From the NCBI GenBank assembly GCA_001244265.2, contig CDLV01000018.1, positions 496,001 through 560,000 on the forward strand: 64,000 nucleotides of DNA, in the 5' to 3' direction. Shown here one piece after another: positions 25,734-38,214 of the stretch. The position numbers and the translations under genes are program-made. This stretch comes from Microbotryum violaceum (taxonomy: Eukaryota). The notes below the pieces were generated by a model. The model saw nothing but the letters and a program-made list of their open reading frames with translations, was not told the DNA's origin and ran no database searches. The stretch's first letter is position 1. Each line of letters begins with the position of its first letter.

Positions 25734-27419
25734 TCAGTAAGGAACGACACCGGCCAACTTGAGCACTTGGGGCGTAGGCTTGACTGGATCCAAGCTTTGG
25801 GTGAAGAGAGGGTCCGGTTTGCCCGTTTCGGGACGAATGCGACCTTCGGAACGAGGAATCGAGTCGGCGCCGTGAAAAGGGGCGTGCGAGGTTCCGTCAC
25901 CCTTTTGGAAGGCCAGGTCACGGACTTTCTTGTCCTGTTCAGATACGAGCGAAGCAGGGCCCATGCACACATCTACGTGGGAATAAATTCATATATCGGT
26001 GTCAGTATTCATTTGAGCGCTCTGAAGAGGCTACCACCGAATCGACCCGTGAAACTTACACGTAACCATACGATCGCGAGTACCACTTGGAGGCTCGTTC
26101 TGATGCATCGTCGAAGAGTCCCAAAGGATTAGATCACCGGGACCAGCGCAGACCTTGAGCCACTCGCAACTTAGCAGGCCAAATCACCGAGGGTTAGCTT
26201 GGGTGCCGAGATGCCGTCAACTTTAGGGGAGGACTCACCCTTGATCAATGAACCATTGCTTTTCCTCGTCGCTAAAGGTGTGGCTGTCGATCCGAGTGCC
26301 ATCGGGCAAGGGTGGTCGCCCGTGAAGGTCGAAGAACTGCTTCATCAACTTGTTGGAGCCCTTCATCACGAGCAAGCCACCGTCGTCGGGGCCGTTCTCG
26401 TTGAGGTTAACAATGCCTTGTGCGACGAAAAAGCCTTTGCGGAGGGGGTGCTGGTCGATGTGTTGCCACGCCGATCCGGGCTCGCCCTTCTTGGGTCCTT
26501 GGCCAGGCAACATTAGCGATGCGCCTAAGAAAGGAGGGACCGAATGCGTAGACATGGTTTCCCGAGAGCGAGTTAGGTCGACGAGTGATGACAACAGTGA
26601 AAATCCAGGTTCCGGACGAACCATCAAAGCTGCAAACAAGCTCATCGGTTCCCCACAAGTTCGCGAATGCTCCCACCACACCGGGTTCGCATCTGGAGGA
26701 GGAGAGACCTTTAAGCGGAACAATCTTCTGAGGAGACATCTTCGAACGTACCGAATGTCCCAAACCCATTGCTGTTGACCCATCGAGTAAGCGCCACCAT
26801 GGTACACTGCAAAGGAAATGGGCAGATTAGAAGGCGGGTGGGCAATTTAGGCAATCCTGTCTCGTCCACGGGCAATTTAGGCACTCCTGTCTCATCCACC
26901 GGGACCAGCGGACAATCCGCCGTGCCGCTCGGGCTGGTCCGAAAACTCACTGCCGCCTTTGAAGTGCATGGGCAAATATTCCTGCGTATGCGTGGCCGGG
27001 TCGTCCTTTTTGAAGCCATAGCCATGTCCGGCGAGCCAGTCGAAAGCTCGTGCACGGTATTGCAATGCCTTCTCGCGCGGGATCGCCTCCTTGACGACGG
27101 CGAAGCCCTGGTCGCGCAGCTCGTCGCGACAGTCGCCAAAGTGCTGCTTGTCGAGCAGATCCGCGTACGGGAACGGCGGAATGCGCCTCAGGATCTCTTC
27201 TTCGGACTGCATCCGCGACTGTTCCGAGGCCCGACGTTTCAGCGCAGGGTTGAACAGGCCCCATTGGGTGATCGCAGAAGCTGCACTGGCATCATCAGCG
27301 GGCACGCCGCTGACCGTCGCGCCGAAGGCCGTCGAGGCGACGCCGGTCCTCGTTGCACCGCCGGCCGATTCTTTGCTGAAATGGTTCGCCGTGGGGCGAG
27401 CGATGCTCTGGGTGGCCAT
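25734..27419 (-). CDS. Phytanoyl-CoA dioxygenase (PhyH)-like Fe(II)/2OG oxygenase, multi-exon
   Basis: DQGFAVVKEAIP, WGTDELVCSFDG, W.HIDQ (HxD), QGIVNLNENGPDDGGL, GDLILWDSSTMH (distal His), YVCMGP; exons joined by GT-AG introns. Confidence 0.85.
26840..26899. repeat. 2x30-bp tandem duplication in intron 1 of the PhyH-like gene
   Basis: gggcaatttaggcaatcctgtctcgtccac / gggcaatttaggcactcctgtctcatccac. Confidence 0.75.
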
Positions 27420-27760
27420 AGCAAGACTTGCAGGAAGGAGGTGTGGTAAAGAGGTAGGTCGGGGTGTGAAAGGGTGTCAGAAAGATATGTGGATTGCAAG
27501 AGGAGAAGCGAATCTCCCTCCGTACCACCTCATAAGCGCCCCAGACTCTTTCCCCCTCTTTCCCCACAGCAGTCCCACAACTGCCCAAACCCCTGAGACC
27601 GGCGCTTCCCTACAGCGAATTCAACCGAACTCGGCCGCGCGACCGCGAGCGGCTCGACCGCTTGAGCCAACTTCGTCGAACATGACTGGCCTACTTCCTC
27701 CTGCTCGGCTAAACCCTGGGCGCACGCGTGTGACGACGGTGACCAGTTTGGAACCGGACT

Positions 27761-28131
27761 AGATTAGATCAGATCTGAAACTGATTACAGGGGTCCAGAT
27801 CAAGTTCAGATCAATCCAGCCTCGAGGAAGAAAACCAAAAGTAGGCGGTACCTAGATGGTGCCATTGTGATGTCAACTGCGGTGCACCATGAGGATGAGG
27901 ACGAGGATGAGGTTGTGGAGGAAGAAGATGGGGATTTCAATATGTATACATGTAGAAGTCTCTGCGCCAAATTAGGCAATTTCATGTCTCAGATCAAATT
28001 GATCTGTTCAGATCAGATCAAATTGACCTGTTCAGATCAGATCAAGATCAGATCAATCAAGGCAGAACATAAAAATTCTGATCTAATCTGATCTCTGATC
28101 CGGCGGTGATCTGATCTAATGCGGACCCTTG
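27761..28131. mobile_element. Probable non-autonomous DNA transposon remnant with AGATC subterminal repeats
   Basis: Dense AGATC/GATCT repeats at both ends in inverted orientation (attagatcagatc 27763-27775 vs gatctgatctaat 28108-28120); CAGGGGTCC at 27788 vs GGACCCTTG ending 28131; acidic coding-like remnant inside. Confidence 0.55.
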
Positions 28132-28283
28132 TTAAGACTCAGCTGAAGAAAGTGGAAGTATGGTGACAGTACAGAGTAGACCTAGGGCCGTCTTGGTTGG
28201 CAGTTACCAGGCAATCGGCTCCCATGAATCAAGAATCGCGAACTTGGAGGTTCCAAGCTCATGGCAAGGCGGATTCATGCGCG

Positions 28284-28446
28284 CCTGCGCCGTATGTCGG
28301 GATCCAGCCCGCGAGTCCATGTTCGTTCAAAGTACTGATTAGAGACGTCGTTATTAAACATCAGATCCCCAAATAACGACGTCTCTTACGATCAATAGTT
28401 TGAACGAACATGGACTCGCGGTCTGTATCCCGACATACGGCGCAGG
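28284..28446. repeat. Long inverted repeat/hairpin (72- and 75-nt arms, 16-nt loop)
   Basis: 28284-28355 is the reverse complement of 28372-28446 apart from ~4 mismatches and a 3-nt indel. Confidence 0.92.
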
Positions 28447-28846
28447 ACAAGATCGGCAAATGCTTTGTAAATGCGGGAGACCTCCCGCATGTGTGGCTTT
28501 TAGGCCGCGTGGATCGAATGCGGGGTAGGCGGCTCTTGAGTTTCTTCTTGAGACCGGCGATTCTCCGCTGTCATGCGGGGGAACGTAGGCATTTCTGCTG
28601 TAGCAGCCGACGGAGCGTTCCGACCGCCGACATCCAGCCGGTTGATTTTTCGGGGGCTACCACAGCCTCACAAGGTAGAATAGAATTCGAGTAAGAATAC
28701 TTTATTCCTTTCGAGTAACAAGTTACAACACCGAGTCAAGACCCAAGAGACCTAAACACACTTGAAGGCGTGCGCACACACACAACACCGCGACCCCATA
28801 AAAGTCTCCCCAGAATAAACGAGCACCATTTGCGCGCTCGGAAAAC

Positions 28847-30574
28847 TTAAATCGTGTATCGGAAAGTCGTGGATCCTTCAATCTCGGTGCCGTTAAGGTC
28901 AGCGGAGGCGTTGGCCCGGCTGAAGGCGAACGAAAGACCGGCGAGCATGAGGAGGATAGCACCCTGGCAGCCGATCGTGGCGCCGAGACCGGGGAGGTAT
29001 AGGGGGTAGTCAACCTGGCGATAGACGAGCGAGGCGAAGATACCGCCTACGCCACCCATGCCGATGACGATGGCCGAAGAGACGGCGCGCTTGGAGTGGT
29101 TGCGCACGTTGTTGGCCGAGTAGGCGAGTACCGCGGGACGTTGGCTTGGCATCCCGCAATGGCGAGGAAAGATCCGAAGTAGCGGACGCCGATTTTACCA
29201 CCCCAGCCCATGATGATTAGACCGATAGTGCAGACGATGGCGTTGATGGCAATGAAGAGGGCACGCTTGCGCATCTTGTCAGCACCGTAGGCAATCGCGA
29301 AGGTGTGGAGGGCGGCGAACACGTATGGCGGTGCAGAGAGGATCAAGGAAAGCTCGTTCGAATATCCCCCACCGGCAAGAATGACGGGAAGGAAGTAAGA
29401 GAAGGCGTAGGCGGGCATGGTCGAGAAGCAGAAGCAGAGACCGAAGACCCAAAGTTTGTAATCGGCGCAGTGCCTCATGAACGAGCCGAAGGTGAGGTGA
29501 TCGGGAGCGGAGTCTCCTCGGTCGAGTTCGATGCGCTCCTGAACCATTTTGGTTTGATCCGGGGTAAGGAAAGTTGCCTTGTCGGGGAAGTCGACAATCA
29601 AAGCGAATCCGATCAAGCCGAGGCCGACGGTCGCAGCACCGAAGACAATGAAGATCCATCGCCATGCGGCGATGCCGTGTTGGCCGCCCAGCTTGGAGAT
29701 ACCGTAGCCGAGGATGTTGGAGAAACCAGAGATGACCATCGAGGTGAGGTAAAAGACGGCCATGCGCTTTTGCGTCTCGTATCGAGTGTACCAGCACGAG
29801 ATCAGGAAGACGCAACCAGGGAAGAAACCACTCTCGAGGAGTCCGAGGAGAACACGGCAGGCGGCGAGCTGGTGCCAGTTGGTGACGAATCCCATTCCGA
29901 GCATGACAGCACCCCAGAGGGCGACGATAGCGGACAAAAGGTTGCGAGCACCAATCTTGCGGAGCAGGATGTTGGAAGGGAGCTCGAAAACGATGTAAGG
30001 AGGGAAAAACTATAGGGTGAGGGTGGCGCCTAGGTCAGCTCATTGTTTCTCCTTGGCACTGAACAACGCGGACGCTCATGACCTACGACACAAGTGATGA
30101 TAGAGTAGCGTTGGCCAACGGTCAACTTCAAATCCTTCGCCATACCCGCAACACGAGCAACAGAGATGTTGCTGTGAGATGGAACGAAACAAGTGCCAAG
30201 GCTGTCAGTCAAGGACCACGTCACTGCGCAGCAGAACAGACTCGGACTGATAAAGCACTGACGTTCTGTCAATAAGCGAAATCGCATAGAGGGCACCAAG
30301 AATGATCAAAAGGCGGCGATCGACCTTCTGCCTGTAGTTAGAAAGAAAGGCACACAAGAGTGTAAGCGAACTACACTCACGACAGAGCCAGCTCGAAGTA
30401 GTCACGCGCGCGGCGACCCAAACGCCCCCAATCGACTCGCCAAAGAGGTTGTCCTACTCACATTGTCTTGCGCTCGAACTCCTTGTCCCAGGTGCGAGCC
30501 TCGAGAGCATTGGTAGCATTGTCCTCTCGGTGGAGCTTGTCATGCTTGTTGTCTTGGGAGCTGACCGAAGACAT
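28847..30574 (-). CDS. MFS transporter, anion:cation symporter (Tna1/Dal5-like) family, copy A; carries a -1 frameshift at ~29136 (pseudogene or assembly error)
   Basis: KVDRRLL...SLIDRTNI, FFPPYIVFELPSN, RVLLGLLESGFFPG...SCWY.R.E, WRWIF, DFP..A.FLT; G3 at 29135-29137 where copy B has G4. Confidence 0.9.
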
Positions 30575-32273
30575 GGCGGGTGAAGGCGATGGAGGCGAAA
30601 GGAGACGAAAACACGAAAGGCTCGATTTAGGTCAAAGACGACCGGTAGGGGTGTAGGTGGCAGTCGAGGGTGGTGACGAGTGATTGTAGGTCGTTCGAGT
30701 GGTTTATAGGAAGGCAAAGGGGATGGAACGACGCAACGAAGCTGGGGTCTCCCCCAGATTTGCCCCGGTTTCTTCGATGAAGCGACTCCGAGCGGGGTGG
30801 GCGCTGCGCGCGTCGGCGTCAGCGCCGAGCTTCGGACCGGGAATCTCTTGGCGCGCTCTTCCCCAAGCCAGGAATGACCGATTGCAGCTGAGGAGGGACG
30901 CACGGGGCGCGGTCTTGGCAAAACAATGCCACTGCCGTCCGCAGAAACTTCATGCTCTAGTCCGGTCAAGTGCCTCGTCAGCGTGCCTTCATCGACGCCC
31001 TTTTACGGTCCGGCAGCGCTTCGACACCGGATTCTTCTCTCGCATTTGCGGGGCTGTTGCAAATGTCAATTGATGATGTGGCATCGTCGCCGAGGTCCAG
31101 CTGCTCGCCGAATTTTCGAAGGCACGCAAACGCCCTGCCGGAGTCCGGTTTTACTCAGCCCGAGTTGGAGCTTCGCAATGCTTACCACTATTTTGCCAAG
31201 TCTCCTGTGTGCCTTATTTTTCAACGTGCGATCAAACTTGAAAGTCGGTGAGTTCAGCAAACAACGTCTAGGCTAGAAAGAGAATGAAGGTTTTGAATAA
31301 TAGAGAATAAGGCAAAATTTTCAAACATAATCCGGCAAATTAGCTGGGTAGGTAAGTGCACTGGTAGTTTTGTTTCCGAGGGCTAGGTGCACAAGACGTG
31401 GTAGTTTTTTTTAGGAGCTTCCCGTCCGCTTTGAGCTGCTCTTGAGTGGTTCCATATTCATCATTCAGATTCGCTTCTTTCTTCTAAGCTCTGTCAAATT
31501 TGTAGCTAGACACCAAGAGAATCGTTTTTTTCATTTAGGTGGTGACCGAGGGAGATGCTCAGCGGCACTTGGCTCCGGTTCGACGTTATGATCGCAGTTC
31601 TTCAATTTCTTGTGCCATTAAAATCGCCTGGACAGCGAATTGTCCCAGCTTGCGATCGACTTGTGGCCCGTCACTGCATACTGATCAGAAATTGATGAGA
31701 AATATCGCAAACATTCTCGGGTGACATCACGTAGCTATCTGCTTCCTATGAACTCGAAGGACCGGCACCATGCGCACGCTGTTCAAGTCGGTGGGGTCTC
31801 TGCGCCACTCTCGACTGCCGATCGATCCGTGAGACATGCGTCGACGATTGTCCGTGATGGAATGACTAACCCCTCCTTAACACTCGCTTTGGTCAACTTC
31901 CGATGTTTCGCGTGGAACTAACTCCACCGAGCGCAGACGGTCTTTGTGAAAACTCCTCGATCGCATCGCGTCTGCGACTTTTCTCTCGAATAGCCCCTGT
32001 CTGCCGACTTTCTTACTCGATGCCTGGTAACCGACAAGTACTCTGTGCTATCTCATCGATCCATTCCCCACAAGGTAACGAAAATCCGAAAATTATCAGT
32101 GCATCCAAAGAGCCCTTAATTCATATCTTCGAGTAAGAAGTTACAACACCGAGTCAAGACAACAAGTCGAGACCCGAGAGACCTAAACACACGAATGCGC
32201 ACACACACACAAAACCACAATCCCATAAAAGTCTCCCCCGAACAAACAAGCACCATTCGCGCGATCAAAAAAC

Positions 32274-34004
32274 TTAAATCGTGTATCGGAAAGTCGTGGA
32301 TCCTTCAATCTCGGTGCCGTTAAGGTCAGCGGAGGCGTTGGCCCGGCTGAAGGCGAACGAAAGGCCGGCGAGCATGAGGAGGATAGCACCCTGGCAGCCG
32401 ATCGTGGCGCCGAGACCGGGGAGGTATCGGGGGTAGTCAACCTGGCGGTAGACGAGCGAGGCGAAGATACCGCCGACGCCACCCATGCCGATGACGATGG
32501 CCGAAGAGACGGCGCGCTTGGAGTGGTTGCGCACGTTGTTGGCCGAGTAGGCGAGTACCGCGGGGACGTTGGCTTGGCATCCCGCAATGGCGAGGAAAGA
32601 TCCGAAGTAGCGGACGCCGATTTTACCACCCCAGCCCATGATGATTAGACCGATAGTGCAGACGATGGCGTTGATGGCGATGAAGAGGGCACGCTTGCGC
32701 ATCTTGTCAGCACCGTAGGCAATCGCGAAGGTGTGGAGGGCGGCGAAGACGTATGGCGGGGCGGACAAAATGAGCGAGAGTTGAGTCGAGTATCCACCAC
32801 CCGCGAGGATGACGGGAAGGAAGTAAGAGAAGGCGTAGGCGGGCATGGTCGAGAAGCAGAAGCAGAGACCGAAGACCCAAAGTTTGTAATCGGCGCAGTG
32901 CCTCATGAACGAGCCGAAGGTGAGGTGATCGGGAGCGGAGTCTCCTCGGTCGAGTTCGATGCGCTCCTGAACCATTTTGGTTTGATCCGGGGTAAGGAAA
33001 GTCGCCTTGTCGGGGAAGTCGACAATCAAAGCGAATCCGATCAAGCCGAGGCCGACGGTCGCAGCACCGAAGACAATGAAGATCCATCGCCATGCGGCGA
33101 TGCCGTGTTGGCCGCCCAGCTTGGAGATACCGTAGCCGAGGATGTTGGAGAAACCAGAGATGACCATCGAGGTGAGGTAAAAGACGGCCATGCGCTTTTG
33201 CGTCTCGTATCGAGTGTACCAGCACGAGATCAGGAAGACGCAACCAGGGAAGAAACCACTCTCGAGGAGTCCGAGGAGAACACGGCAGGCGGCGAGCTGG
33301 TGCCAGTTGGTGACGAATCCCATTCCGAGCATGACAGCACCCCAGAGGGCGACGATAGCGGACAAAAGGTTGCGAGCACCAATCTTGCGGAGCAGGATGT
33401 TGGACGGAAGCTCGAAGACGATGTAAGGAGGGAAGAACTGCCGAGCGCGATCATAAGAAAAGGGATCAGCTGAGCCATTGCACTGAAGTGATCGGCAAAC
33501 GGAAGGATCAAAAGGCTTACGACGCAGGTGATGATCGAGTAGCGCTGGCCGACAGTCAACTTCAAGTCCTTGGCCATACCGGCAACACGAGCAACAGAGA
33601 TGTTGCTGTCAGGGGACGGAGGATGAAATTTTCGGATCAAGTCAGCCGTCCGGTTCGGAATTGACGATATCAAACAGAGGTAAAGTAAAACTGACGTTCG
33701 ATCGATGAGCGAGATGGCGTAGAGAGCACCGAGTATGATCAAAAGGCGACGATCGACCTTAGCCCTGTGAGTGATAATATCTTACAAAGGTCAGTTCTCA
33801 ATTCTTCTTGAATATGCGAGCGCAAGAGGGGCACCTCAACCGGGGCTAGCTCCGAAGTTCCAAGCCTGTCGGAACACGTAAAACAATGACTTACATGGTC
33901 TTGCGCTCAAAGTCCTTGTCCCATGTGTGGGCCTCAAGCGTGTTGATAGCAGCATTCTCCTTGTGCTGTGCTGTGGGCTTATCTTGCGAGCTGATCGAAG
34001 ACAT
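32274..34004 (-). CDS. MFS transporter, ACS family, copy B (intact tandem paralog)
   Basis: Same motifs and same intron positions as copy A; last exon open through FRYTI*. Confidence 0.92.
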
Positions 34005-35326
34005 TGCGAGATATGAGAATTGAGTACTGGAGACTTAGCGGAAGAGTTCGTGCGGGTGCGAGGTCGGCTCGGATGAGGTGCGGGTAGGGGCGTTGACGAC
34101 AGGCGACAAAGAGGAAGTGACGCTTGGACAAGTTGAGAGAGAAGAGAGAGAGAGGCGCAGAAACAAAGGACTGGGGAAAGGAGGACACCTAATCTACGGA
34201 GAATACGGGTGCTATCAAAGCGTGTTGCATGCGTTCAATAAAACCTGGGGATACCCGGACGGAGATCCAGGTTAAGACCTCTCGAAGGGCCAGAAGCACC
34301 TTTCTGATTTGCCAAGCTCAACCAAGGCAATGGATCGCCTCTGGGGCCTCTCGCTGTAGCCCATCACCGATCAATCACGGAACGGAGCCCATTATACAGC
34401 TTGCTTCGGAAAAACTGGGGCCCTGAGCCCGACGAAAGTGGGGTAGGAAAAGATGATCTGCGACTTGAGCTCGAGATCGCTTCCCGGTCGGTCGATCATT
34501 GCGGTTCGCCCGCCGCCCCCAACCCCACACTTTTTTCTAGGCCCAAAGCCTGACCTTGGCCGACGAGTCAGAAACCCCCTCCCTTCTCCCCCGCTTCATT
34601 ATTGAAGGAGCGGATCTCAATTGCTCCGATTCGGGATGCTGCAGCCTTCGAAGCACACTCAGCGATCGAACTTGACGGACGAGCCAAGTCTACAAAGTTC
34701 TCGATCTAGCAAGCGCGCGTCGATCGCCTTAATCACAAAAAGCTTGGCAACCCTCCAGAGTCAGGACGAGTTTCTTCCCTTCTTTTCATCATCGGCCTCG
34801 GCTACTTTTCGCAACCGGTGTTGCGGGGATGACCTGACCCACAGTCATGAAATCGAAAGCTCTTACAACAGCAATCGCCCAGGTATTGGTGCAACGCCAG
34901 TTTAACAGTTTGTCTCGGGTACTCACTGCTCAGGCAACCGCCGGGCGCCCCTAACAACGAGAACTGCGGGGGTTGTGCAACGAGGTCACGAGGTCGGGCT
35001 CGGCACTTGAAAGGACCGATGCGCGCTAGACTCTTCTAGACCTCTCTGCCTACCGTCGAGAACAAACGGCGCGTGGCCCATGGGCCTTCTGCAAACTTTA
35101 TTTGGGCTTCCCAGACCATCTCATGAGGGCCGAAGACTCCGGAGCGCGAGTAACTGCCTCCCCAGAGCGGCTCCGAGCTGGATCCGGGTCGGTCACATGA
35201 CTTGGCGGCCGGAGCGCCCTCTCAAAGCGGGTAGCACTTTGAAAAAGAGTCAACAATTTTTACGTCAAACAAATTTTCTGATTATTGTATTCACGACCTC
35301 GATCTGGTGTGGCTGCGAGCTCAATT

Positions 35327-37601
35327 TTACTGTACGACATACGCAAAGCCCGAGTCAGCTTCTAGCCCGGACACGTCCTCAGCCCCGCCGTCCCACTCAC
35401 CGTAATGACAGACGGTTCCTTTCTGCTCGTGATCTCGACCAACCTACTCAAGCTCAACGCGACCTCGATCAAAGGCTTGAGACCCTCTTGCGTATCTCTA
35501 GCGTATTCCCTATCGTCCTTGGAGTACTTTTCGACATAGAGACGGATCGTCGCCCCACTCGAGCCGGTACCGGACAACCTAAAGACAATCCTCGAGCCAT
35601 CCTCAAAGCGGACGTAAAGACCTTGGTTCTTGGAGATCGAACCGTCGATGGGGTCGGTGTAGGCAAAGTTGTCGGCCTCGGCGACGTTGAAGGACGTCTC
35701 GGACGAAGTCGCCTTCAAGGCCTTACCGACGAACCCGGACGACGCGAACGATTGCTCGAGTTGCTTCATCACCTCGTTGGCCTTGTCCGAATCGACTTCC
35801 TCGTAGTCGTAGCGCGAGAAGAAGGTGCGACCGTACTTGGTGTAGTGGTCTTGCAACACACCCGAGATCCCCTCGATGCCTTGCTTTTGCGCCGAGGCGA
35901 GGATGTTGAGCCACGCGATCACGGCCCAAAGACCATCCTTTTCTCGAATATGGTCCGAACCTGTACCGAACGACTCTTCACCGCAGATCGAAAGACGTCC
36001 CGCGTCCATGAGGTTTCCAAAAAACTTCCATCCTAAGTAAGCCGAGAGACGAGGTGATCGTCAGCTTGACCGAACTTGATTCGTCTTTCTCGAAAGGAGA
36101 ATCTCTGTACGCACCGGTGGGGACTTCAAAGACCTCGAACTTCTTGGCCTTGGCCACGAGATCGATGGCACCACTGGTGGGCATACTCCTCGCCAAGCCC
36201 TTGACACCACCCTTTTGGAAGTAAGGTATCGACTCTGCCCAATCGGCGATGATCGCGACCGAATCACTCGGCGTGACGAAAGCACCCTTGCCGTAGATCA
36301 TGTTGCGATCACCATCACCATCCGAAGCGGCACCAAAGGCGATGTGGTTCTTCTCGACTTGCTCGACGAGCGAGTGCGCGTAGGTCAAGTTGGGGTCGGG
36401 GTGACCGCCGGCAAAATCGGGCGAAGGCTCGCAGCCTTGAATCGAAGACTCGCCGAGACCGAGCTCGTTGACAAAGATCTCACGGGCGTAAGGACCGGTG
36501 ACACCGGACAGGCCGTCGAAGAGGACCGAGGCCGAGGGGGACTGGACGTATTCCTTGATGAGGGCAAAGTCGAAGATGGACTTGAGTAAAGCGACGTAAG
36601 GCTTGACCGAGTCGATCACCTCGACGGTGATGGGACCCAACTCGGTCGTTCCGAGTTTGGAGAGATCGATCTACGAGTACTAGAACGAGTTTAATATGGT
36701 GGAACGGAAATGTGCAGGCAGCCCTGAGTTTTTTGACCCACCTCGGGCAAGTCGACGAGCTTGTAGCTCTCGAGCTGCTTGGAGATGTCGTAGACCTTGT
36801 TGGTCACGCTCTCGGGTGCAGGTCCACCGTTCTCCATGTTGTACTTGATACCGAAATCGGCGTTGGGTCCACCGGGGTTGTGACTGGCGGTGAGGAGGAT
36901 GCCTCCCGTGGCCTTCCTCGCTCGGATGATGTGCGACACAGCGGGGGTGGAGAAGATGGCGTGCTGGCCGATGATGAGGTGCTTGACCTTGTTGCCGGCC
37001 GCGATCTTGACAATCTTTTGGACGCACTCGGGCGAATAGTAGCGACCATCCCCGCCGACGACGAGTGTCGCTCCTTCTGCGCCCGGGGACGGGATACCGT
37101 GGAGGATGGCCTGGATAAAGTTTTCGGTGTAGTTTTGCTGCTGGAAAACGGTGACCCTGGTTTGGAAGTGAAGGAGTGGTCAGCACCGATTCCAAGCCGC
37201 GGAATTGGGATGACATAGTCGTGTCCGGGGTGCGGCTCGTCATTCCAGCCTCATTTCCGCCCCCCACGTCAGAGAGGTGGTTTGTGGCGGAGGCAGAGTC
37301 GAGCCTGGAAGAGTGAGCATGGTTGCAACCTACTTTTTGCGCAAACCCGACGTTCCGGGCCTAGAAAGAAGGGTACAAGGGGAGAAGCCATGCGTCAGAA
37401 ATTAGAAAGGAAATACACTGCACGAGATCATAGCCGATCACCCCCGGGGATTCGATTCGCCTTGTGGCGGCGGGGCGGCGGGCGGAGCAGGTGCCGCCTG
37501 TTCCCGTTTTTGGTCCCCTACGGTGGCAGGTTGGACTGAACTTACTTTTGGTCCTGGTAAGGCTTGGTCTGGATGGTCTGGATGGAGTAGTTAGATGTCA
37601 T
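35327..37601 (-). CDS. PGM: Phosphoglucomutase
   Basis: [29 protein letters not shown] (catalytic Ser), DGDGDR metal loop, [22 protein letters not shown]; stop TAA lies in a separate final exon at 35327-35329. Confidence 0.97.
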
Positions 37602-38214
37602 GGTGGGATGTCTGAGAAGGGGGGAGGAGGGTTATTGGGAGTGGGGGAGCAGAATGAAGGCGGATGCGTGGTGGCCGGCTATACGGGCCCAGACTCGCGA
37701 TTTCGTCATGGCTCGTGGGGAAAGCATCTGGTGGATTATTTGTTACCAACGCGAGTGGTAAGTAGTGCTCAATTCCATCCGGCTAATAAGCAAAGGCCGA
37801 TGTCAAAAAGTCGGCGCAAATTCTGGAGGAAGTGTAGGGCCTTTGATGGGCTCGTTTCTTTGACTTTTGACATTGGAAAGGAGTCAAGTCGATGTCGACA
37901 GTGAGCGAACTTTGAAATTGCACCTAATTGCACCAATTGATACAAGGGGGAGGGGGGTCCGAGCGCAAGCGGCACTCTGCGGCACTCGACTCGAGGACGT
38001 CGCCGCGCTTGGCCGGGCACTCTCTCGCCTGCTCGACTCGACTCGACCGATCCACGCACTCGATGTGAGTACTTCCTACAGCTTTGGGCGTGCACTCCCA
38101 CGACGGTGTTGCACTGTTGTCGCTGGCCTGGGGTGCTGTGGACCCAGTACGGAGTGCCTGGTGCGACCGAGTGCCAGCTGACCGGACCTTACTGGCATGC
38201 GACCCTGCACAGAC

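Noticed and set aside
31380-31392. 13-mer GGGCTAGGTGCAC shared with 56326-56338 as a possible element end
   Set aside because: 13-mer matches are expected by chance in 64 kb, and the flanks do not align.
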